DNA of 63,952 nucleotides, the filler included, from Neolecta irregularis DAH-3 (Eukaryota): NCBI GenBank assembly GCA_001929475.1. It is 14 parts of 14 records of this genome, joined end to end, with 100 filler letters (N's around TTAATTAATTAA, not from the genome) between each part and the next. Parts side by side here need not be neighbours in the genome. Positions count along the whole stretch, not along the records: positions 1 to 6,954 come from LXFE01002478.1; positions 7,055 to 23,742 come from LXFE01000182.1; 12 more parts are not named here. One strand, given 5' to 3'. The position numbers and the translations under genes are program-made. The notes beneath the pieces are model-generated. The model did not search any database, was not told where the DNA came from, and worked only from the letters and a program-made list of their open reading frames with translations. Each line of letters begins with the position of its first letter. Positions within the stretch are counted from its first letter, which is position 1. Shown here piece after piece: positions 1-11,600 of the stretch.

Positions 1-2355
1 CCCGCAGGCATCGACCTCTGTCTCTCCTGCTGTGACGCCGCCTGCCCTCTCCACGCCCCCGACCACGCCCGCGCATTCAACCACCCCCTCTTCCTCAACC
101 TCGCCCCCCACGGCACTACCCCCAAATGCTACTCCTGCACCTGCACCCTCGATCCTTCGATCCCCCCGCTCCCTTCCCTCATTACTGCAATTGTCAACGC
201 CCCCTCCTCCTCCCAAAAGGCTGCAGCCCACGCCTGGCACCACGAATTGCTCTCATGCTCCCACGTCCTCAATCTCCACCAGCAAGACTGCCCTCCCATT
301 GACCCAGGTACTACTTCCCTTCCTTGTTCCCCTGCCAATGAAAGATCTCCCAAAATGCACCGCATGCAATCTGACTAGAAACTTGTGGCTCTGTCTCACT
401 TGCGGCTCCATCGGCTGTGGTCGCCAGCAGTTTGCCGGTGATCCAGGAAACTCTCACCAGCTCCAGCACTACAACCTCTCCAGTCACCCAATCTCCGTCA
501 AACTAGGAAGTCTCTCTGCAGACTCCGACATCGGCATCTCCTCTCTCATATCATTGCTAATCTCAGACGTCTACTGCTATATATGTGGTGAAGAAAGGAC
601 AGACGACAACATTCACAACCATCTCCTTCATTTTCACATTGACCCAACACAACAAAACAAGACTGAAAAAACCTTGATTGAAAGGGTACCTCTTGCTATT
701 GATTAAACTACCCTCTAGCAAATCGAAGAGAACTTGAAATGGGATTTCTCAACAACCACAGATTCTGGCAACCAAATGCAACCAGTCTTTGGCCCTGGCC
801 TCACTGGCCTCAAAAACCTCGGAAACAGCTGCTACCTCGCTTCCGTTGTTCAGTGTCTCTTTTCTCTCCCCGCCTTTCAACAAAGGTGCATCATTCTCTT
901 ATTCCTGCTCATTTCAGATACTACGGTCCCAACCTCGAGCCCCTTGTCGAAATGAATCCAGCAGACTCGCTCGAATCTCAACTACGAAAAATGGCAGACG
1001 GTCTTTTATCCGGACGCTACTCAAAGAAAATAGATGACCATACGGATGCCCAGGAAGGTTTGCCTCCAACCATGTTTAAAACACTCGTCGGCCGTGGCCA
1101 TCCAGAATTTGCAACAAACAAACAACAGGCATGCTATTTTTCAACATTTACTAAATTCAGGATGCTGCTGAATTCCTCAGACATCTTTTCGACTTAATTT
1201 CAAAAGAAAGTTCTCTTGAAAATCCCGTGTCACAGTTTAAATTCATGTTGCAACGCCGATTGCAATGTCTTTGTTGCAAAAAGGTCCGTTATTCTATGGA
1301 AGAATCTGAAACTTGTGATTTAAATATTCCTGCGCATCGTTTGATGAACGACCTCGGAAAGAATAATCCCGAATTAAACATTCCTGAATCAAATAATCCC
1401 GAATTCGAATCAGTCACTCTTACAGAATGCCTCGATTTATTCACAGCAGACGAAATTATTAAAGATTATTCTTGCCCTGTTTGTGAAAAAAATGTCGATG
1501 CAGTCAGGCACGTTTTGGTTTGTAATGTCTAACATCGCAGGTCTGTTCGCTTTGCAACATTCCCAAAGGTTCTCGTCATCACTGCTCTAAAATTCGAAAT
1601 GACAAATGCTGGCCCCCAAAAAATTGGTATCGATAAACTTGGCAAGTTTAACCACTAGATGTACCAGTCGTCGTGCCACACGAGCAATTGTCTCTTGATA
1701 AATACCTAGGACAGGGCCTGCAACACGATGAAGAAACTCTTCCAGAGTCCGAGTCTTTTAAACCAAACCAAGAGGCCCTGGATACTCTCAAAGCCATGGG
1801 ATTCGGACAAGTAGCCTGCGAAAAAGCACTCTTGTCTACTGGAAATTCAGATGTCGAACAAGCTGCAAATTGGCTATTTGCCCATATTGAAGACTCGGAC
1901 CTGAATGAACCCCATGCAGTCTCCAAAGTAGATCCCCAGAAAAGGGAGAATTTGACGTCGATGGGTTTTACTTTAGCCCAATCTAATCGTGCTTTAAAAG
2001 AGACGGTACGATTTCGTATTCCATTATTGTTGACATCTAGTCTGGTGATGTGCAGCAAGCCGTTGAATGGCTTTTCAATCATGGTCACACGGTTCTTGAA
2101 GACGAAAAGGAACCCTCTATTAATCCGAACAGCTTTGGTTGTGCCAAACTCCCTGCAAATTATCGTTTGGACAGTATTGTGTGCCATAAAGGCCGGAATG
2201 TTCATACAGGACATTATGTATCCTTTATCAGGAAATATTTCCCCGAAACAAACAGTTTTCAATGGATACAATTCAACGACGAAAAAGTCGTTGTCGCGGA
2301 TAATGCAGAAGAGATGAGTAAATTCGCATACATTTACTTTTTCCGGCGGCAGTAG
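1..2355 (+). CDS. UBP14: Ubiquitin C-terminal hydrolase Ubp14/USP5 (isopeptidase T); 5'-truncated, about 8 introns
   Basis: zf-UBP (NLWLCLTCGSIGCGRQQF), Cys box GLKNLGNSCYLASVVQCLF, two UBA domains (LKAMGF...AANWLF; LTSMGF...AVEWLF), His box HKGRNVHTGHYV, FNDEKV, ending AYIYFFRRQ*. Confidence 0.95.
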
Positions 2356-2439
2356 ATTGTAATATATGAGACGTCATAAATGTGGTGGCGTGAAACGCCA
2401 AGTTATAGCCGGGGGCCTCCATCCGCTGATCTACACACT

Positions 2440-4776
2440 ATGACCATCGCCCCTAAGCTTCAGTTCTCACCCTTCGTCTCCTCCGTAGATCCTTTATTCT
2501 TTCTAGCCTTGTCAAAGCAGAAAATCGTAATATCTGTGGACTATATATCGTATCTAAACCGCTTAGGATTACGATCATCTCACTGAAACTACGCGTCGAA
2601 TACTCGGGCGATATCGTGCTCACGTCTCACAAAGCTACCATTGCCGTCTCGAAGTGAATGCGCGGGCTCTTTCCGAGGAACACGGGCAAGCGCCCCTGCT
2701 CTTGCCACCGCGTTGCTGACAACATCCAGTGGCGTGTCAAAGGACGACTGTATCGCAATTGGTACCATCAAAAACTTCAACACCATCGAAGCTTTTAAAT
2801 CTGTCGATAAGGCTGAATTCCTTGATGATGCTGGAGACGAAGTTTTGCAAAACATCGACGATGGAACGTCGCTAGCTGATCCTTCTACCCTGGTCTATTT
2901 CAAACTTCTCACATTCGCGGATCTTAAAAAGTATGTATATTATTCGTGGATCGCGGTTCCGGCTTTACTTATTGAACCTCTGTGGACTTTTGATGGACCT
3001 GATTCGCTCGAGGTTATTCCTCCTTCTGATTTATCATTTCGAGACACCGTTGAAGCGTGGAAACAAACTGTCGAGCAAAATCAATGGGGTTTCTTCCTCT
3101 TCAAACGCATTCGTAATGAATGGGTCATTGGAAAAGTTTGCGAATTACAAGACAAATTTTGGTCGAATACTGCTGCTAAAGATGTACCCTCCTTCCTCTG
3201 GTGGGTTTCAGTAACTTTAGCGAATGATTGGGTTTGTTGATCCTTCCAAGAAGGAATCGAATCCAGGATGGCCTTTACGAAATTTTCTCTCGTTGATCCG
3301 TCGACGTATTGATCTTCAGAGAATCAAAGTTTTGTGTTATCGAGATAGTCCACTATCTGAAACATCAAAAAGTGTGATTCTCCATTTGAGTATCGAAATT
3401 GGACTGGCCGACCCTCGTATGTCTCACCTTTACCTCCAAGACTCATTTTTGCTCCTCCAATTAGAACAGTTGGTTGGGAAAAGAATCAGCATGACAAGAT
3501 TGCTGCAAAAATCATGGATTTAGGTCCAATGATGGATCCTACAAAGTCTTGTTTATTTCTAATTGTAAAGCTAAATTGTTCTAGACTTTCAGATACTGCT
3601 GTCAATCTCAATTTGAAACTCATGCGTTGGAGAATTGCTCCGGATTTGAAATTGGAAAAGATTAAACGCACTCGTTGTCTTCTTGTCGGGGCTGGTACCC
3701 TTGGATGTAACATTGCTCGTGGTTTAATGGTACAAGTCGAAATGGAATGTACTAACCACACAGGGCTGGGGTGTACAACATATTACTTTTGTCGATAGTG
3801 CAAAGATCTCTTATTCAAATCCAGTCAGACAGTCTTTGTATACTTTTCAAGATTGTCTTGACGGAGGGAAACCCAAAGCTGTGCGAGCAGCGGACGCTCT
3901 ACGAGAAATTTACCCTGGAATAGTATACTCCTTTGAATGAATTACCGTTTACCGTTTTAGAGTAGCTCTGGAGTCGAATTGACTATTCCGATGCCTGGTC
4001 ATCCAATTATCAACGAACCTCGATTTCTCATAGATTTCAGACATCTGGAGGAACTTGTTAAAAACAGCGATGCGATATTTTTGTTGACCGACAGCCGGGA
4101 AAGTCGATGGCTTCTCTCTTTACTTGGCGCCGCTCACAACAAGCTCGTTATCAACGCGGCATTGGGGTTTGAGTCCTATCTAGTCATGCGTCACGGAGTT
4201 CCTTCGCAGTCTCCTCGACTTGGCTGCTATTTTTGTTCCGATATCGTTGCTCCAGCAGATGTAAAACCCATTTTTGCAATTCTTACGATATCTAGTCACT
4301 TCGAGACCGAGCTTTTGACCAAATGTGTACTGTTACAAGGCCTGGAGTTGCTTTTATCGCGTCTGGCCTTGCTGTAGAGTTGATGGTGTCTACCCTTCAA
4401 CATCCCGACGGGTATTTCCTTCCTTCTTGAATTCCAGTTTACTTTATCAAGTGTAAGAGCAGACGCATTGACTACTGAAGAGCATGGAAAATCTCCAAAA
4501 TCGTCGCTTGGTCTCGTTCCTCATCAGATTCGCGGATTCTTGGGGTCCTTTTCACAATTAACGTTGAGGGGACCGGCAAATGATCGTTGCTCTGCTTGTT
4601 CACCGGTCGTAATTGAAAAGTATGAAACTGAAGGATCTGCTTTTATTCTGCGAGTATTGGATACACCCGGCTACATTGAAGAAGTGTCTGGTCTTGCAGA
4701 GATTCAACGAAGCGCGGACGCCGCTGAACAAGTCACGATAATTGAAGATAGTGACGACAATGGGGAATTGAACTAG
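2440..4776 (+). CDS. ATG7: Autophagy E1-like enzyme Atg7, 9 introns
   Basis: [75 protein letters not shown]. Confidence 0.96.
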
Positions 4777-5105
4777 GTTTTTGTTGAAATATTGAGAAGT
4801 GGAACATTTTGATATATTGTAAAGAATGACAGTTTAAAAATATACCAGCCACTTTGAGGTTCTATTGATCAGCAATTAATATGTAGATGACTAGTATCGA
4901 GTCCAAGTCCATCTGCAAGAATGAATTTGACAGGGCGCTACGAACGAGCTTTGACCCTTCTCGACACCAGTATGAGATAGTCATTCTATTTCTTATTATC
5001 TGTTTGGCATAACTCATTAATGCAAGATACATCATACCACAAAGAATGGAAGAGTAACAAGCAACATCATCGCGGGAAGAGAAACACCAAATGAGCTTGC
5101 AAATT

Positions 5106-6954
5106 CTACTCGACTCCGCTGATATCCGCTGGATTTTTCTCGCCCTTGAGCCAACCGATCCAGGACCCCTTTCTTTGATAATCCTGTTCTGATTCTGAGA
5201 GCGAGAGACCGTCGTTTGATGCATTACTGTGGATCATTGTCGGCGATGCTACTTTTCGAGCGTGATCTTCAATTTTAGTTTCCGTGGCAAGGGCGAGGTT
5301 ACCTAGCGAATAATCCCACGCTGGGGAACCGGGAGCCCGCCCGATTATTGGAGTGCGCGCACCACTAGACTCAGATATATTCAAGACTAGGTGTACCTCG
5401 AGAATGCCGATGTCTTTGTAGTCTTTGTGGAAACGCCGACTCTATGGGCCAAGGAACGAGTTCGTTGCAACAAGGACAACGATCGTCGAGGGATTGCNNN
5501 NNNNNNNTGCTGGTAACGCCGACTCTATGGGCCAAGGAACGAGTTCGTTGCAACAAGGACAACGATCGTCGAGGGATTGCACTCGGTTCAGCGGGTGTGG
5601 TATTTGCGTGGGCTGCATTACCGTCACCTTCACGAGCAAGAACTGTTTCGAAGCCCTTATGCTCCAACAGTCGCTGGATGATTGTATTAATATACAATGC
5701 CATTCTCTTGTTCGTTTCCTGGAGAGATTGCATCTCTTTGTGCAATTCTGAGATCAGCGCCATTCACATATTGAGCAGACTTGAAATCTCGTCTGAGCCG
5801 GTGAAACTGTGTGCTTGTTCGAGTTCTGCAGCCAAATTTGTGGAATGACCTTCAGGGTCGGGCGAGTGACACGTAGGCGGCGTCTCTTCGTATGACTAGA
5901 CCTGAGCCGGGGTCCAGCGCTGCAATCCAACCTGCATAAAATCGCAATGCGAGATGTCTCCGCTCAGAGTCTATGGACATTAATGCTGGGAGCATGTTTG
6001 CAAACCTTTTCTGCAAGAAGCATTTGGAAACTCTCGTTTTCTTCGAGCAATCCAATGTTAGCGAGAAATGAGTGTCGAGTACCTAGCGTGATCGATTTTT
6101 ATGTCCATGATTTCTTCTTCCAAGCGGCGGTTGACTCGATCTCCGGCCTGGTCAACTTCAGCCAAACGGACATGAGCTTCTGCAAGCTCCAGTCGTAGAC
6201 CGTCGATCAAACGTTCCTTTGCGAGCAGGCTTTTTGCAAATCCGCTGGCAGGCAACTGGGGCGAAGAGGGAGTGGGAGCGAAATGGCCCGGGAGGTCTGG
6301 AGGATCGAGTTCCTTTGCAGAGACTTGAGATCAGCAAAGACGGGGCTGAAGGGTACGGGAGATTCTCAGGGGATTGTCGCACACGCTGGACCGTCTTGAA
6401 GAGGACCGTTCATTTATGATTTCCTTGAGTGCTCTCAGCTGCAGACCGAGTTCCTCGTCTTTGATCATCCACTCTTCCTTGTCTTTTGCGAATTCGGCGC
6501 GCTATGGAATGAACAAGGTTTGGATACAGAGTACCTCTGTCTCGATGGCCTTTTCGAGGTCTTTCTTTGCCCTGGCGAGGTCCTTGACTTCCGCGTCCAA
6601 TTGGAGGCCGCGGATATCTTTCTGGTTCACATGTTCTTCCAGTCTGACCTGGGCCGTCAAACTGGAGCCGAGCTCGACGCGCAAGGCTTTGATCTGCTTT
6701 TGCAGCTGGACTGAAGTGGATTCTGAACGAGCGAGCTGTCCTCTCAGATCGTCTAGTTCCTGCAACTTGAGAGCCTGATTGTCGTCCAAGTCTTCGTTCT
6801 TTCTGACTGCAGGTTTTGTGGGCTTGAGGGGAGAACCACCTTCTCTGACGGTGTGTCTGCGGGAGAGCGAGGACCCTGTTGGACTTGAGCCGAGTTGTGG
6901 CAGCACGGAAGCCCTTCTTGAGAGACTCTTTTGGGGAGTGAGATGCTTCGTAGC
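5106..6954 (-). CDS. Fungal coiled-coil protein with C-terminal Rab11-FIP RBD-like motif; 5'-truncated at contig end, 10-N gap near 5500
   Basis: Spliced heptad-rich frames (LQELDDLRGQLARSE; LIDGLRLELAEAHVRL; ARLLEENESFQMLLAEK; LQETNKRMALYINTIIQRLLEH) joined by short introns; 3' end uncertain because of the gap duplication. Confidence 0.7.
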
Positions 6955-7054
6955 NNNNNNNNNNNNNNNNNNNNNNNNNNNNNNNNNNNNNNNNNNNNTT
7001 AATTAATTAANNNNNNNNNNNNNNNNNNNNNNNNNNNNNNNNNNNNNNNNNNNN
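6955..7054. other. Artificial contig linker N-TTAATTAATTAA-N (first of 13)
   Basis: Same six-frame-stop 12-mer inside N runs at about 6999, 23787, 25112, 28951, 30187, 32539, 36341, 45338, 47037, 48717, 51894, 61429, 62881. Confidence 0.97.
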
Positions 7055-7511
7055 TGTGGGGCGGCAGCGATTGCGGGCGCGGAGCTGGGCGTGCTGCTGC
7101 TGTGGACGCTGGCTGCTCACCGCCCGCTGCCCGCGAACCCATGGCTGTACTCTTCGGTGGCAGCCTGGCGCAGCGTCGCCTTTGCGGTTGCCGATGCGCT
7201 ACTGGCCCTGGCCGTGCACTGCTGCTCGAGACGGGCGGGAGAGGCAGGAGAGATAGACGGGAGAGGCGGGCGAGCCAGGTAGGCGAGACAGGCAGGCGAA
7301 GCGGGCGAGAAGAGCGCGAGTAGGGTGAGATGAAAGAGGCTCGCGAGATGGACTGGCAAGGCGGGCAGGCGAGGCGGGCAGGCGAGGCCAGTAGGAAGGC
7401 GGTTACGGAGGAAAGAATTATTTAATATCACGTGAAAAAGCCCGTTTCGGCCCATGTACCGATGGGCCGGATATTTTTCTTGGCCCGGCCCATGGCCAAT
7501 TGCCAACACTG
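7055..7511. mobile_element. End of non-autonomous hAT-like DNA element (GGCG/AGGC low-complexity body, TCACGTGA, terminus CAACACTG)
   Basis: Ends in CAACACTG (reverse complement CAGTGTTG, a hAT-type TIR start); same subterminal layout at 8300-8393 and 27460-27587. Confidence 0.5.
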
Positions 7512-7589
7512 CCCCTTCCACTAGATATAGAACATTATTTTTGAAAACTCATCAAGTGTGAGGGCATAAGGTAGATCCTGATTTTCCAC

Positions 7590-8393
7590 AACACCCTCGC
7601 CTACCCGCCTTGCCTGCCTCTCCTATCTCTCGCGCCTCTTCAGCCTTGCGCACCTGTCTCGCGCCTCGCCAGGCTCTCCCAACTCGTGCTCCTGCCTCGC
7701 CCACCTTACGCTCCTCGCCTTCCTTGTCCCGCCCGCCTTTCCCGTCCCGTCTGTCCCTCCTTCCTCTCCCATCTCTCCCGTCCTCTCCTGTCCCGCCCGT
7801 GCCTCCTCTCCCGTCCCACCTCGCCCATCCCGCGCGTCCAGTCCCGCCTCGCCTACCCTGCGTGTCCCGTCCCCTTTCGTGTGTCCCGCGCTTCCTGTCC
7901 TGCCTCGCCCGTCCTTCCAATCTCGCGCCCCCCTCCCATCTCGAGCTCCTGTCTCGCCCGCCTCATGCCTGCCCATCCCGCCCACTCGTCCTGCCCGCCT
8001 TTCCCAACCCTTCCGTCCCTCCCATCTCGCCAATCTCACCCGCCCGTCTCTCCAGCCCATCCCACCCACCTCACATGCCTCGCCCGCCCATCTCTCCCGC
8101 CTCTCAAACATCACACTATGGATAAGAAAGGGGAATGGAGAGGGACACAAGTACTAGAAAGTATATCATGTAGAAATCTTTATGAACATATCAATTCTTC
8201 GAGTCTGGGAATGATCACTATTCTATAATCTACTACTACAAAAGTCTAGATAGTATCTCAATGTATAACACTTTGGCATCAGAAAGCTCATATTAGGGAA
8301 ATGGTAGTCACATGATATGCATGGACCGTCCATGGATTGGGCCTGACCCTCAGAAAAGCCCATGGGCAGGACTTTGGTTCATCTGCAACACTG
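7590..8393. mobile_element. hAT-like non-autonomous element: C/T-rich low-complexity tract plus terminus CAACACTG
   Basis: CCCGCC/CTCGCC-rich repeat 7590-8105; TCACATGA, CCATGG repeats and CAACACTG at 8386-8393. Confidence 0.45.
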
Positions 8394-8674
8394 CATCATA
8401 TCTGGATGTTTCAAAGAAGCAACAGGCGAATTAGGTTTGTAAAGCAGAATTCAGTCAGCATGTTAGGAATTTAATTTCTATGCTGAATTTCACAGGTTGA
8501 AGATTGGAGCTGTTCCTTAAGAAAGTCTTTACTGCGTTTAAGTGCTCTGAGTGGAAGGTTTATTTGTCCGAGAAGGGTAATGCGCCGCTGTAAGATCAAA
8601 ATCAAGCAGACCTCCAAAAAAGACATCAGACTCCACATCATCTTTGTCTTACATGATCAACATCTTTGCAAAAT

Positions 8675-11600
8675 ATGGACAATTTGATCACTTATATTGT
8701 AAATGAAATAACCTATGAGGGACCAAACGGTAAGCTATTTTCGATTCTTTACCGGTGGTGGTGGAATGGTGCAACAGCGCCCGCTCAATTTGGATTCTCC
8801 ACAAAGAGAACTCTTGCAATAAAGTTCTAGAAGAATTAAAATCTTCTTTGTCGTATTTCGAACCGTTGCCGGAAACTTTGTCCGGGGAAGTACGTTATAT
8901 AGAGAGGGCCGACGGTTCGAATCTTGGGTATGCTTACTTTTCTGTAGGATGTTTGCTTTCGCAACTGTGGTCATTTATATCGAATTACACCGAAAAGCAC
9001 AACCAGGCTAATTCAGTTTGGGACCTTGTTATACAGCATCATCTTGATCACACATCTAGGTTCTGGATGATGCACTCCGAAGTCTCATTTGGAAATATCT
9101 CCTTCAGGAAGATAGTGTTTTGGTCAAAAAGCGAGACCAATCATCTTTATTTGACGTACATGTGCTCGGCGAGATCCAGTTGACCGTATTAGAAAACGAG
9201 CAGTCATGTTTCGAACTATGCCAACTTGATCGGGAAGGATCACGATACGCAGGTTTTAATTGCGGAAGAACGTCGATGGATAATTCTGACCGGCCATGGA
9301 GTCGACCATACCAAGGTAATTTCACAACCTGCAAAAGTGACGAGGGTAATCTGTATAGGTTTCTCCTTTAGCATTTGCTATTCTCGAATGTGCAACCTAT
9401 GGACGTAGCCAGGGAATGCCGCAAACAAAGATTGCAGCTATGACAGGTCAAGAACCTCGAAGCTTTCCTAGCAGAGTTAAAGCTCTTGTACATGCAGGAT
9501 TAATGTACACTACTGAGTCTCTGCTATTTGACTGAAACTCCAGTCGCAAGGAAAAGTGTATTGCGGACGGAGCCAAAACCTTTCGTTTGACACATACGAA
9601 ATTTGCTCCCCCGAAAGCAGTTACAAAGCAGCTAATTGATACTGCCAGAGTAGAGTGTGGCATCATCGAGAAGTTGGGTGTTGCACCAGATCATACCTTG
9701 CCTTACAGGGAAGTCCGGGATAGTCTCGTATGTTCCACTTTTAATCAGTGCTTGACATATATTTTAGGGCTACGAAGGCCCCAAATGGTATCGCGTATTC
9801 GCTGCAAAGATTCGAGAATGGGAAGAGGAACGCCTCGTTCTCCGATATTTTATTGAAGGAGGCAAAAAGCAAATCAGAATTAAATATCTCAGATTAGGAA
9901 TACCTTTTGAGAACGCCCTACACACGATTTTGGAACGCCAACGACGAGGATATACACAAGCTATCTTATCTGACAGCGAAGATGAGAGAGACCTCGGCGA
10001 GGATGACCTTGAGGATGACCTCGACAATGTCAATGATCACATCAAAGTTTTATACGATGATGTTATTCGCGAATTTCCTATTGAAGTACAACTGTTCAAC
10101 TTTATTGCTGCATCTGGAACAGAAACGGTGTCTACTAATGCATGAGGTCTCTTTTCATAAGCCTGTGTAATATTCTAGGATATCATACAACGATTAAATT
10201 TTAACTTTAATCGGCGGAGTGTCGGTCAAACTCTTGAAAGGATGACATTTGATCCGAAAAAACCTCCGATTCCTCAATGCGCAGATCGCGTTTTATTTCG
10301 AGAGATTGACGGTCATGGAAAAACCTCATTTTATCGATATGTTGTGGCTGAACATCACGCGAACTATAGAAAGAGAATCGGTCTTGATTCCAAAGGTGCT
10401 GGAGACCTTCCTTCCGTAGTCGGAGAATTTAGAATTCCTCCGATAAGCTTGCTTCCTCCACAAGAGCCAGTACGGACTATGGACCACGAGTTGAAAGGTT
10501 CCGGAGTGCACGATTATAGCAAACTGACTGATAGTAAAATCAGTCCGAGGAAGACCGCGTAAGACAGTAAAAGCTCTTGATGTGTCTAAAGACTCTCATC
10601 CTCGTTCAGATGGCTTGGAGACTGTTAAGAAGAAGGGTCGTCCTCGCAAACACCTAGAGAGCGAACAGGGTGATGCATTTCTGCAGTCTAGAAAACGAGT
10701 GTTGGCGAAGAATTCGGAAAAAATGTTGCCGTTGCGAAAACGTTTAAAGGTTGGAAGTAAAGAGATAGTGGAGCACTCTGGGGTTGATCCTGATATTCAG
10801 ACTTCTCAAAACACGCAAAATCTCGAAAAGCAAGGTCCTGTTGCAGAACGCAGAAAGGCAGGGGAAAATCCAACGACTGAATCAAAAACGGGAATGCTAA
10901 AGTCATACCTAATAGATTCAAGCGAAATCGTCAATAGCAGGGATTCTACTTGCCATAAAGCCGATAACTTGATGTCGAGGGTTATCGAACGTTCCCGAAT
11001 CAAGTCCCTATCAAAGTGCTATAGTTCTTCGGAAGCCGAATCTTTAACCTTACCTGGTCTTCAAATTCCATTTACCTCGGCTTCCGGGGATCCTTATTCT
11101 GCCATGGTTAGTGATAGTGTCCAATGTCTCGGACATGTTGATAACTGTTGCGATTCTCAGTTCCAGTCTTCACAGGATTTCAGGAATAATTCTGCACAGA
11201 ATCAAAGTACTGATGGGTTTGTATCAAACAGTTACACATCTGTCACTCAACAACAGCTCCAGACAGATCATTTCTCAGAATTACCCAACCTTTCGTTTTC
11301 GACGAATGGTTCCCTGAATGCAACCGCAATGAAGGAGGACTCAATCGCCGATATTTCCTTTGTAGCATCACGAGCTGCTGCCAACCCAGTGTCGATTGAC
11401 CCAGCTCTAATGATGGATGATCCAGCCCCTTTCTTGGAAATATGCAACGAACCTGTTGTTGACATCACCGAGAATACCGGACTTGTCAAAAGCTGCAATC
11501 CAAGAAGTAACAAACTCAGGCACTCAGTTCAAATGATTCATCGACAACAAACGATCAAGGAAATTCTGGACTCCCAAAGCGGTTTAGTTGAAGGAGGGCA

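Noticed and set aside
3417-3469. Possible GT-TG intron in ATG7 (ending 3451)
   Set aside because: An in-phase canonical CAG at 3469 yields a plausible DPLGWEKN, so a non-canonical site is not required.
6999-7010. Recurrent TTAATTAATTAA palindrome (13 copies)
   Set aside because: Always centred in N runs; a six-frame-stop assembly linker. Gene neighbourhoods across it carry no meaning.
7552-8228. Overlapping Pro/Arg/Gly-rich ORFs on both strands
   Set aside because: Produced by stop-poor low-complexity repeat DNA; no domain signal.
8755-8947. 5' part of ORF 8755-9183 as coding
   Set aside because: It lies within TFC3 intron 1; splicing 8730-8947 gives a better Tfc3-like N-terminus (EGPNGCLLSQLWSFI).
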